From the IMG/VR virus record IMGVR_UViG_3300027278_000424: a stretch of DNA of 64,000 bases; one strand, given 5' to 3'. The position numbers and the translations under genes are program-made. Positions 1 to 8,341 of this stretch are shown one piece after another. Source of the DNA: an uncultured virus (IMG/VR IMGVR_UViG_3300027278_000424) (lineage: Duplodnaviria > Heunggongvirae > Uroviricota > Caudoviricetes). The notes under the pieces are model-generated. The model was not told the origin of the DNA, searched no databases, and saw nothing but the letters and a program-made list of their open reading frames with translations. How positions within the stretch are numbered: the first letter of the stretch is position 1; every line of letters begins with the position of its first letter.

Positions 1-399
1 ACTTTTATTAGAAAGAACCCGGCCCTAGAGTCATACTTAGAGGATAAAGGACATAACACAGATGAGGTTTGGGATCAAATTATGAAAGATAGAGGATCTG
101 TAGCAAACCTACCAGAAGATATCATGCCAGTAGATGATAAAGAGATATTCTTAACATTTGCCGAAATAAACCAACTTGCTCTAGTAGAACAAGCTTCTGT
201 TAGGCAGAAATATATTGATCAAACACAATCTCTAAACTTAGCGTTCGATCCAACAGATAGCCCTAAATTTATCAACTTAGTTCACCAAACTGCTTGGAAA
301 TTAGGAATAAAAACACTATATTACCTAAGAACAGATTCAGTTATAAACGGAGATATAGGTTCAAGAACTTCAGAAGACTGTTTATCCTGTGACGGATAA
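1..399 (+). CDS. nrdA: Ribonucleotide reductase large subunit, 3' end (starts before the window)
   Basis: Frame open from position 1; RQKYIDQTQSLNL and GIKTLYYLRT motifs; C-terminal CxxC (CLSCDG). Confidence 0.93.
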   Translation, partial: TFIRKNPALESYLEDKGHNTDEVWDQIMKDRGSVANLPEDIMPVDDKEIFLTFAEINQLALVEQASVRQKYIDQTQSLNLAFDPTDSPKFINLVHQTAWKLGIKTLYYLRTDSVINGDIGSRTSEDCLSCDG

Positions 400-414
400 A
401 AAAGTTGAAATGTT

Positions 415-1917
415 ATGAATAAATTAGAAGAAATTTTTAAAGCTTGGAATATTGCCTTTAATCCAGATAATAAACAATCTGAATTAGCATCCCAAAGAAT
501 AAAAATTTGCAATGCCTGTGAGCATAAGAAAACAGATTTAGGTATTAACAGATGTGGAGTATGTGGATGTGCACTTAAAGGTAAAGTTTTTTCTCCTGTT
601 ATTGGAGCCTGCCCAGAAGGTAAGTGGGATAAAATAGATAAAGAAATTATGCAAAAAGAAGATCCAATTACAGCAGAAGATACAATATTTGTACAAATAG
701 CATCTTATAGAGATCCACAATTAGTTCCAACGTTGAATGATCTATTTGAGAAAGCAGATTTTCCTGATAATTTAAGAGTAACGGTAGTTTGGCAAACTTC
801 CAAAGAAGACCAGTGGGATAATTTAGACCAATACAAAGATGATAGTAGGGTTAATGTAGTAGAGGTCCCATATCAAGAGTCTAAAGGGGCTTGTTGGGCA
901 AGAAATTTAATACAGCAACACTACAAAGGAGAGAAGTATACTTTTCAACTAGACTCCCATCATAGATTTATTGAAGGGTGGGATAGTATCTTAATTAATA
1001 TGTTGAGGTCTCTACAACAAGAAGGGTTCAAAAAACCACTTCTTACAAGTTACATATCTTCTTTTGACCCCGATAATGACCCAGAAGGAAGAGTACAAGT
1101 TCCCTGGAAAATGGACTTCGATAGGTTTACCCCAGAAGGAGTTGTGTTCTTTCTACCTTCGACTATAGAAAATCACCAATATCTATCTAAACCAATAAGC
1201 GCTAGATTTTACTCTGCTCACTTTGCTTTTACAGTTGGGGAATTCGCTAAAGAAGTACAGCACGATCCAGAATTCTATTTTCATGGAGAAGAAATTAGCA
1301 TAGCAGTAAGAGCGTATACACATGGGTATGATTTATTTCACCCTCACAAGGTAGTAGCATGGCATGAATATACTAGAAAAGGCCGGACTAAACACTGGGA
1401 TGATAGCAAAACATGGTCACAGACTAATACGTATACACACAAAAGGGTAAGACAGTTATTAGGTACCGATGGGGAAGAAATGACTAATGATTTTGGAATA
1501 TATGGATTAGGTACTGAACGTTCGTTAAGTGATTATCAAAGATACGCTGGTATCAGATTTAGAGATAGAGGAGTGCAGAAATACACTACCGGAAACTTTC
1601 TTGCCCCTAACCCTCCAGTAGACGATTATGAAAATTCATTCTTTAGTATATTTAAACATTGTATAAATGTACATAGAAATTCTTTACCGGAGACAGATTA
1701 CGATTTACTGGTAGTAGCTTTCTTAGATGAGAATGGAGCTGATCTTTATAGAAAAGACGCAGAAAAAACAGAAATGGATCGTATTTTTAGCGCTGATGGT
1801 GAATGGTTAAATATTTGGAGAGAATACACCGGACCACTTCCTCATAAATGGTTAGTATGGCCACATTCGGTTTCTAAAGGTTGGTGTGATAGAATAGAAG
1901 GTAATTTAGGTAACTAA
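415..1917 (+). CDS. GT-A glycosyltransferase (GlcNAc-transferase/GT60-like) with N-terminal Cys-rich domain
   Basis: IFVQIASYRDP, GACWAR, QLDSHHRF, FHGEEI motifs; N-terminal CxxC...CxxCxC...CPxGKW. Confidence 0.8.
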   Translation: MNKLEEIFKAWNIAFNPDNKQSELASQRIKICNACEHKKTDLGINRCGVCGCALKGKVFSPVIGACPEGKWDKIDKEIMQKEDPITAEDTIFVQIASYRDPQLVPTLNDLFEKADFPDNLRVTVVWQTSKEDQWDNLDQYKDDSRVNVVEVPYQESKGACWARNLIQQHYKGEKYTFQLDSHHRFIEGWDSILINMLRSLQQEGFKKPLLTSYISSFDPDNDPEGRVQVPWKMDFDRFTPEGVVFFLPSTIENHQYLSKPISARFYSAHFAFTVGEFAKEVQHDPEFYFHGEEISIAVRAYTHGYDLFHPHKVVAWHEYTRKGRTKHWDDSKTWSQTNTYTHKRVRQLLGTDGEEMTNDFGIYGLGTERSLSDYQRYAGIRFRDRGVQKYTTGNFLAPNPPVDDYENSFFSIFKHCINVHRNSLPETDYDLLVVAFLDENGADLYRKDAEKTEMDRIFSADGEWLNIWREYTGPLPHKWLVWPHSVSKGWCDRIEGNLGN

Positions 1918-1918
1918 C

Positions 1919-2830
1919 ATGAATACACTTGTAACTGCAATTTATAACCACAGCCCTCATTCAAGAATAGGTGGAAGAGGTTATAGATGGGAAGATTATG
2001 TCGCCCCGTTTGAAAACCTACTACATTTAGGTTGTAATATTGTAGTCTATACTCAAGACGACCTAGTACAGGTTATTCAAGATTACTTTACCAAAAAAGC
2101 GTTCTTTAATTACAAAGTAATACCCTATAATCTCAACAACTATAAACACTCAGACAGTATATATAAACTTAAGGAGCTTTATAACATAATTGATAAAAAC
2201 GGATTAGCTGAAGGTCGTTCAATTGTGGATAATGATAGAAATTACCATTTATGTTTATCCAAAACATACTTTGTTTCTGAGGTTATAAAAAATAACTACT
2301 TCGAATCAGAAAGGTACTATTGGATAGATGGAGGTCTATTTCATCATGGTCTATTTCCGGAAAGTTTAGGAGGGATAGAAAGAAGAACAGTACCTAATCC
2401 TGACAACTATTGGCCACAGAATAAAAAAAGTTTATGTAACCCCTTATTTTTTGAAAAACTCAATACAAAAGTAAAAGATAAACTACTGTTTATAGGAATA
2501 GACAGTTACTACAGCCGTCATTTTTCACTAATTAAGAGTAATTTAGCTGGCCCTGATAAAATTACCCATGTAGTAGGAGGATTGTTTGGAGGAGATAAAA
2601 ATAAAGTCTTAGAACTATGTGAAAAGTTTGATGATAAAATTTCACAAGTTATTTCAGCAAAAATACTCACACTAGAGGAAGAGATACTATCTATAGTATA
2701 TGAAGAAAACTTCTTAGACCAAGATTATATTAAATTCTCAGACTGGGGTCATGATATACCTACCGAACGAAACTATTTAGGGGTCCAACCAGGATCAAAT
2801 TCTTTCTACAAAATTTTTAAAGATGAGTAA
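1919..2830 (+). CDS. HtrL/YibB-like glycosyltransferase
   Basis: TLVTA start, YYWIDGG, VVGGLFGG, EEEIL motifs. Confidence 0.65.
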   Translation: MNTLVTAIYNHSPHSRIGGRGYRWEDYVAPFENLLHLGCNIVVYTQDDLVQVIQDYFTKKAFFNYKVIPYNLNNYKHSDSIYKLKELYNIIDKNGLAEGRSIVDNDRNYHLCLSKTYFVSEVIKNNYFESERYYWIDGGLFHHGLFPESLGGIERRTVPNPDNYWPQNKKSLCNPLFFEKLNTKVKDKLLFIGIDSYYSRHFSLIKSNLAGPDKITHVVGGLFGGDKNKVLELCEKFDDKISQVISAKILTLEEEILSIVYEENFLDQDYIKFSDWGHDIPTERNYLGVQPGSNSFYKIFKDE

Positions 2831-4466
2831 AGTTACTTTAGTTACCGGATTATGGGATATCAGTAGATCCGAATTATCAGAAGGTTGGGGAAGATCGTTT
2901 GAAGACCACTATATACCTAAGTTTAAAGAACTTTTAGAGGTACCGCATAACTTAATAATATTCGGTGAAGAGTCTTTGAGAGAAACGGTGTTTAGTATTA
3001 GATCTAAAGAAAATACACAGTTTATCGTAAGAGATAAGACTTGGTTTAATAACGAATTTTTTAATAAAATTCAAGAAATAAGAAAAAACCCGGATTGGTA
3101 CAATTTAGCTGGATGGTTAAAAGAATCTACACAAGCTAGTTTAGAGTACTATAATCCGTTAGTAATGTCCAAAATGTTCTTACTCAATGACGCAAGAATA
3201 ATGGATACTTTTGATTCAGATCAAATGTACTGGATTGATGCCGGACTAACAAACACTGTTCATAAAGGGTACTTTACATCGGACTTAGTTATAGATAAAA
3301 TTAGTAAACAAGTTACTAACTTTAATTTTGTTTGTTTCCCCTACCAAGCTGAAAATGAAATACATGGTTTTAAATTTAAAGAATTATGTAATTTAGCTGG
3401 TAAAAAAGTAGAATTAGTAGCTAGAGGTGGATTTTTTGGAGGACCAAAAGACTCTATAGAACAAACAGTAAATATATACTATTCCCTACTTAGTGAAACT
3501 TTAGGAAATAGTTTAATGGGAACAGAAGAATCTCTATTTTCCATAATGGTATATAAATACCCAGATTTATTTTCATATAGTAAAATAGAATCCAATGGGT
3601 TGATGAGTTACTTCTTTGAAAAAGTCAAAAATAGTAAAGTTATATTTGAGAACGTTAGAGGAAAAGCTCCGGTTGATTACAAAAGGGTTGGATTATATGT
3701 CATAACTTACAATTCACCTACTCAATTTGAAACTCTTTGTAAATCTTTTGAACAATACGATCAACATTACCTGGACTTACCTAAAAAAGTACTCCTTAAC
3801 AACTCTATAGATAGAACTACAGATATAAAGTATAAGGAGCTATGTGAAAAGTACGGATTTGAGGAAATAAAAAAAGACAACATAGGGATATGCGGCGGCC
3901 GTCAATTTGTAGCTGAACATTTTGACCAAGACACTACTACAGATTACTGTTTATTTTTTGAAGACGATATGTTCTTTTATAACGGTCAAGATGAAAGTTG
4001 TAGAAATGGTTTTTTAAGGAAAGTATCCGGTCTATATAAAAAATCTTTAGAGATAGCCCATAAAGAAGATTTTGATTACCTTAAGATGAACTTTACTGAA
4101 TTCTACGGAGATAATACCCGTCAATGGAGCTGGTATAATGTACCGCAACATGTTAAAGATGAATTATTTTCAGACAGTAAAACAGAAGCCCCATTCTTAA
4201 AATTTAAAAACATAAAATCCTATAGAGGGCTACCTTACGCTACCGGTGATATCTACTATTGTAACTGGCCTCAAATAGTTTCTAAAAAAGGAAATAAAAA
4301 AATGTTTTTGAATACTAAATGGGACCACCCATACGAACAGACCTGGATGTCACATATATACCAAGAGACAGTCAAGGAAAATATAGAAACAGGTATACTA
4401 TTGTTAACACCTACTGAACATGATAGGTTTGAATTCTACCCAAAAGAAGAAAGACGGGAAAATTAA
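2823..4466 (+). CDS. HtrL/YibB-like domain fused to GT-A glycosyltransferase domain
   Basis: TLVTGLWDI, YWIDAG, GGFFGG, GTEES; C-terminal half has NIGICGGRQ and FFEDD. Confidence 0.7.
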   Translation: MSKVTLVTGLWDISRSELSEGWGRSFEDHYIPKFKELLEVPHNLIIFGEESLRETVFSIRSKENTQFIVRDKTWFNNEFFNKIQEIRKNPDWYNLAGWLKESTQASLEYYNPLVMSKMFLLNDARIMDTFDSDQMYWIDAGLTNTVHKGYFTSDLVIDKISKQVTNFNFVCFPYQAENEIHGFKFKELCNLAGKKVELVARGGFFGGPKDSIEQTVNIYYSLLSETLGNSLMGTEESLFSIMVYKYPDLFSYSKIESNGLMSYFFEKVKNSKVIFENVRGKAPVDYKRVGLYVITYNSPTQFETLCKSFEQYDQHYLDLPKKVLLNNSIDRTTDIKYKELCEKYGFEEIKKDNIGICGGRQFVAEHFDQDTTTDYCLFFEDDMFFYNGQDESCRNGFLRKVSGLYKKSLEIAHKEDFDYLKMNFTEFYGDNTRQWSWYNVPQHVKDELFSDSKTEAPFLKFKNIKSYRGLPYATGDIYYCNWPQIVSKKGNKKMFLNTKWDHPYEQTWMSHIYQETVKENIETGILLLTPTEHDRFEFYPKEERREN

Positions 4467-4765
4467 CCCTATTTATATTAAATAAGTTTTATACCAATCG
4501 TTTTTTAATATTTATACGCAAAACGTTTCTACAATATGAAATTTATATTATTTATAGTAGGTTTTATAGTTACTATGTCAGCTATTGGGTAGGTAAATTA
4601 CCGCCCAAATTTTTTTCATCACCGATGTACGGAGATAAAACCCACTTCTCCGGTACCGTAGTCCCTTATAGGTTTTTCCAATTTTACCCCCTTTGTAGTT
4701 TATATTTCAAAAATAAGTTCATATATTAAGTTATATGTTATGTAGTATGAATTAACGAATAAATT

Positions 4766-4951
4766 ATGAATGAACAAACATGTAATTTACCTGAAGTAGA
4801 ACAATTAAAAACATTACTAAAAGAAGAAAAGAATATAGTCTGGTACATGAGATGCCCAATCGTAGAAGGATCACCAGCAGCCAAAAGATACTTAAAACAA
4901 CAGATTAAAAAATTTAGATCAAAACAAAAAGAAAAATATGGAGGATTGTAG
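4766..4951 (+). CDS. Hypothetical protein
   Basis: 61-aa ORF downstream of a promoter-like -7 box at 4722-4729. Confidence 0.6.
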   Translation: MNEQTCNLPEVEQLKTLLKEEKNIVWYMRCPIVEGSPAAKRYLKQQIKKFRSKQKEKYGGL

Positions 4952-4982
4952 TTGGAATAACGAAAGATTCTTCTTATATTTA
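4952..4982 (+). promoter_or_regulatory. Bacteroidota-type promoter (TTG-N20-TATATTTA)
   Basis: One of about 21 copies of the same bipartite motif in the window. Confidence 0.75.
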
Positions 4983-5002
4983 TAGAAATAAAACAGTTAT
5001 AT

Positions 5003-5149
5003 ATGTCAAAAACATCAGCAAAACAACGCTACACTCAGTTAATGGAATGGTTACCTACAGTTAAACAAGGTAAAGCATCAACACCAGGATCTAAAGCTCC
5101 TGCACGTACTTTTTCAAAAGCAGACACTTATAATAGAGACAAAAGATAA
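5003..5149 (+). CDS. Small basic hypothetical protein, 48 aa (not in ORF track)
   Basis: MSKTSAKQRYTQLMEWLPT...; follows a promoter; TAATG coupling to thioredoxin. Confidence 0.65.
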   Translation: MSKTSAKQRYTQLMEWLPTVKQGKASTPGSKAPARTFSKADTYNRDKR

Positions 5150-5409
5150 TGAAAAAAATAATTAAATTTTATGCCGATTGGTGCGGTCCTTGTAAGGTAT
5201 ACGGGAAGTCTTGGGATAAGGTAGCAAAAAAGTATGACGGTCAAGTAGAATTTGTTAGTATAAACATTGAAGAAGATACTACAGGCTTAGCTGCACAATA
5301 CAAAGTAAAGAGTATCCCACATACGGTCCTAATTAAAGAAGACGGAACCGAAGTTACAAAAAGTGGTAGAATATCACAAGAAGAGTTAGAAGAATTAGTT
5401 TTATCTTAA
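5149..5409 (+). CDS. trxA: Thioredoxin
   Basis: FYADWCGPCK active site; SIP cis-Pro motif. Confidence 0.93.
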   Translation: MKKIIKFYADWCGPCKVYGKSWDKVAKKYDGQVEFVSINIEEDTTGLAAQYKVKSIPHTVLIKEDGTEVTKSGRISQEELEELVLS

Positions 5410-5421
5410 AAATCAAAATAA

Positions 5422-5730
5422 ATGTTACGCAAACCAGATTCAATCCCAGCAGGGGATACAGTTATTACAGACCCAGTAATGGAACCGTTTTTTATCTCTA
5501 AATCTCAATCAGGCGGTTATACCGTTTACGAAAGAGTAATTAAAGGTAATAACGATACAGAGTATATTAAAACAGTATCTTATCCAGCTTCATTTAATGG
5601 AGCATTAAAAAGAGTAGCAAATGAAAAACTCAATAATGGTGAAAGTAAAGTATATTCTCTTAATGAGTATGTCACTCGTTGGGAAAATATTCAAAAAGAA
5701 ATGTTGTCAATAACTTCAATTGAGTTGTAG
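5422..5730 (+). CDS. Hypothetical protein
   Basis: 102-aa ORF in a tightly packed operon. Confidence 0.7.
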   Translation: MLRKPDSIPAGDTVITDPVMEPFFISKSQSGGYTVYERVIKGNNDTEYIKTVSYPASFNGALKRVANEKLNNGESKVYSLNEYVTRWENIQKEMLSITSIEL

Positions 5731-5732
5731 AC

Positions 5733-5873
5733 ATGTTAGAAACGGTTATGCACGCCTTAGGAATATGTGGGGATGTTCATCCTAAATTAGTTGACACTAT
5801 CCCTTTTATTCACTATCTTAATAATTCAGCGTTTGCCTATACGCTTAAGAATACCTGGCAAAATTTAATATAA
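5733..5873 (+). CDS. Possible small protein, 46 aa (not in ORF track)
   Basis: MLETVMHALGICGDVHPKL...; fills the gap before queC but overlaps a promoter motif and an RNA structure. Confidence 0.4.
   Translation: MLETVMHALGICGDVHPKLVDTIPFIHYLNNSAFAYTLKNTWQNLI
5791..5821 (+). promoter_or_regulatory. Promoter upstream of queC (TTG-N20-TATCTTAA)
   Basis: Matches the window-wide motif. Confidence 0.6.
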
Positions 5874-5878
5874 TTACA

Positions 5879-6673
5879 ATGGCAAAAAATGTTGTAGTAT
5901 CCTTATCAGGAGGGATGGATTCCTCTACTCTATTATTACGTGCTCTTTCTACGTATGACACAGTAACAGCTTTATCTTTTAACTATGGTCAGAAACATAG
6001 TGTTGAACTTCAAAGAGCTCAAGCACTTGTTGACTACCTTAAGTCTAAAGGTCAAAATGTTACTTACCAATTAATTGAACTAAATGGATTAGTTAACCTA
6101 TTAGACTCAGCTTTAGTATCAGGCGGAGATGATGTACCGGAAGGTCATTATGAGCAAGATAATATGAAAGCTACTGTAGTACCTAACCGAAACAAAATCT
6201 TTAGCTCTATCACACAAGCTGTAGCTTTATCAGTAGCAAATAGAACTGGTAATAATACAGATATTGCTTTAGGTATTCATGCCGGAGATCATGCCGTATA
6301 TCCAGACTGTAGACAAGAGTTTAGAGATGCAGATGATGAGGCATTTAGACAAGGAAATTGGGATGCTGATAAGGTTGGGTTTTTTACACCATATTTATTA
6401 ACTGATAAGTTCGGTATTTTACAAGATGGTTTAATTTTATGTGATCTGTTAGATTTAGACTTCGATGAAGTTTACAAAAGAACTAACACCTCATACAAAC
6501 CTTATCCATCAGGTAACTCAGATTACAAATCAGCATCTTCAGTAGAACGTATTGAAGCGTTTATTAAACTTGGTCGTAAAGACCCAGTTCAATATGAAGA
6601 TGAAACTGGCCCAGTAAGCTGGGAAGTAGCTAAGTCTGCAGTTGAGAAGGTATTAGCCGATCACGCAGGTTAA
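5879..6673 (+). CDS. queC: 7-cyano-7-deazaguanine synthase
   Basis: SGGMDS PP-loop, FNYGQKH, VVPNRN, YPDCR. Confidence 0.95.
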   Translation: MAKNVVVSLSGGMDSSTLLLRALSTYDTVTALSFNYGQKHSVELQRAQALVDYLKSKGQNVTYQLIELNGLVNLLDSALVSGGDDVPEGHYEQDNMKATVVPNRNKIFSSITQAVALSVANRTGNNTDIALGIHAGDHAVYPDCRQEFRDADDEAFRQGNWDADKVGFFTPYLLTDKFGILQDGLILCDLLDLDFDEVYKRTNTSYKPYPSGNSDYKSASSVERIEAFIKLGRKDPVQYEDETGPVSWEVAKSAVEKVLADHAG

Positions 6674-6680
6674 AAGGATT

Positions 6681-6753
6681 GCCTCCGTAGCTCAGTTGGT
6701 AGAGCAGCTGATTTGTAATCAGCAGGTCATCGGTTCGAATCCGGTTGGAGGCT
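6681..6753 (+). tRNA. tRNA-Thr(TGT)
   Basis: Acceptor GCCTCCG/TGGAGGC; anticodon loop TTTGTAA; GGTTCGAATCC T-arm; no encoded CCA. Confidence 0.95.
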
Positions 6754-6760
6754 CAAGATT

Positions 6761-6844
6761 GCTCGAGTGGTGGAATTGGTAGACACGTTGGACTTAAAAT
6801 CCAATGGACATTAGTCCGTGCGGGTTCAAGTCCCGCCTCGAGTA
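6761..6844 (+). tRNA. tRNA-Leu(TAA)
   Basis: Acceptor GCTCGAG/CTCGAGT; loop CTTAAAA; long variable arm. Confidence 0.95.
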
Positions 6845-6850
6845 CAAATA

Positions 6851-6935
6851 GGAAGATTGGCAGAGTGGTCGAATGCGGCAGTCTTGAAAACTGTTGACTG
6901 TAACAGGTCCGGGGGTTCGAATCCCTCATCTTCCG
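6851..6935 (+). tRNA. tRNA-Ser(TGA)
   Basis: Acceptor GGAAGAT/ATCTTCC; loop CTTGAAA; long variable arm. Confidence 0.95.
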
Positions 6936-6942
6936 CAATATT

Positions 6943-7016
6943 GGTCTGGTAGTTCAGTTGGTTAGAATACCTGCCTGTCACGCAGGGGGTCGCGAGTTCG
7001 AGTCTCGTCCAGACCG
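6943..7016 (+). tRNA. tRNA-Asp(GTC)
   Basis: Acceptor GGTCTGG/CCAGACC; CCTGC-CTGTCAC-GCAGG anticodon arm. Confidence 0.95.
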
Positions 7017-7030
7017 CAAAATAAATTAAT

Positions 7031-7104
7031 GGGGGATTAGCTCAGCTGGCTAGAGCGCCTGCCTTGCACGCAGGAGGTCATCGGTTCGACTCCGATATTC
7101 TCCA
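7031..7104 (+). tRNA. tRNA-Ala(TGC)
   Basis: Acceptor GGGGGAT/ATTCTCC with G3-U70; loop CTTGCAC. Confidence 0.95.
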
Positions 7105-7110
7105 CTTATT

Positions 7111-7182
7111 GGCCCGTTCGTCTAGGGGTTAGGACGCCAGGTTTTCATCCTGGTAACAGGGGTTCGATTCCCCTACGGGCTA
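7111..7182 (+). tRNA. tRNA-Glu(TTC)
   Basis: Acceptor GGCCCGT/ACGGGCT; CCAGG-TTTTCAT-CCTGG. Confidence 0.95.
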
Positions 7183-7191
7183 CAAAATGAC

Positions 7192-7263
7192 TGGTCTATG
7201 GTGTAATTGGCAACACAGCTGGTTTTGGTCCAGTCGTTCTAGGTTCGAGTCCTAGTAGACCAA
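7192..7263 (+). tRNA. tRNA-Gln(TTG)
   Basis: Acceptor TGGTCTA/TAGACCA; loop TTTTGGT. Confidence 0.93.
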
Positions 7264-7275
7264 CTAAACACAGGT

Positions 7276-8334
7276 ATGAAAGAAAACTACATATGCTCAG
7301 TTCCGTTTACTTCGTTTGAAATTCAGGATAAAGAGAATTACCTGTGCTGTGCCTCTTGGCTTACTAAGTCTATTCCTAAAAGTGAATCTATAAAAAATTC
7401 ATGGAATTCTATTGAAGCTAATGAAATAAGGGAATCTATTTTAGACGGATCCTATAAATACTGCGATGAAAATCAATGTCCTTTTTTAAATCAAGTACAG
7501 AAATTCGGTAGTATAGGAAAAGTAGAACCACTGTACTTAAAAGAACAACTACCTAGAGCACTAAAGCAGCAAATAAGTAACTTTGAGAATAAAAAATTAG
7601 AACCTCAAGTAATTCAGTTTTCTTTTGATAGAAGTTGCAACCTTGAATGCCCTACTTGCAGAATAGGAATTATTACTGCTAATAGTAAAAAAATTAAAGA
7701 AGTAGAAGCCACAATACAGGAAATAGAGGATACCTATTCAAATTCTATAACTATTCTTTACATAACCGGTTCCGGTGATCCTTTTATATCAGTAGGATTT
7801 AGAAATTTTTTACGGAATTTTAATAAAGAGAAGTATCCTAATTTAAAACAAATACATCTACATACAAACGCTACAAAGTGGAATAAGAAAATGTGGAATT
7901 CTATGAAGAATATACATCCATATGTTAAAAGTTGTGAAATCTCTATTGATGCAGGAACAAAAGATACCTATGAAAATATAACCCGTATAGGAGGTAAATG
8001 GAATGAATTGATAGACAATTTAAAATTTATTTCTACAATACCTACACTCAAAAGAATTAAACCTTCTTTTGTTGTGCAAAAAGGAAACTATAGGGAAATG
8101 AAAATATTTTACGAATTAATGGTAAGTGTATTTGGCAATAAAGCAAATATATTCTACGGTAAAGTTAACAATTGGGGAACCTTTTCTGAAGAGGAGTTTA
8201 ACAAAATAAAAGTATGGGACAAAAAACACCCAGAATACAATAATTTTCTAAACGAAGTAAATAATACCCTACCTGCAAAAAATGCATGGAGTAATTTACA
8301 AGAATTTATAACTCCAACTAAGTATAACATATAA
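7276..8334 (+). CDS. Radical SAM protein with N-terminal SPASM/twitch-like Cys cluster
   Basis: CNLECPTC (CX3CX2C), GSGDPF, LHTNAT, ISIDAG; N-terminal C...CC...C...CP. Confidence 0.85.
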   Translation: MKENYICSVPFTSFEIQDKENYLCCASWLTKSIPKSESIKNSWNSIEANEIRESILDGSYKYCDENQCPFLNQVQKFGSIGKVEPLYLKEQLPRALKQQISNFENKKLEPQVIQFSFDRSCNLECPTCRIGIITANSKKIKEVEATIQEIEDTYSNSITILYITGSGDPFISVGFRNFLRNFNKEKYPNLKQIHLHTNATKWNKKMWNSMKNIHPYVKSCEISIDAGTKDTYENITRIGGKWNELIDNLKFISTIPTLKRIKPSFVVQKGNYREMKIFYELMVSVFGNKANIFYGKVNNWGTFSEEEFNKIKVWDKKHPEYNNFLNEVNNTLPAKNAWSNLQEFITPTKYNI

Positions 8335-8341
8335 GAACGTT

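Noticed and set aside
6753..6938. Minus-strand 61-aa ORF
   Set aside because: It is the antisense of tRNA-Leu and tRNA-Ser.
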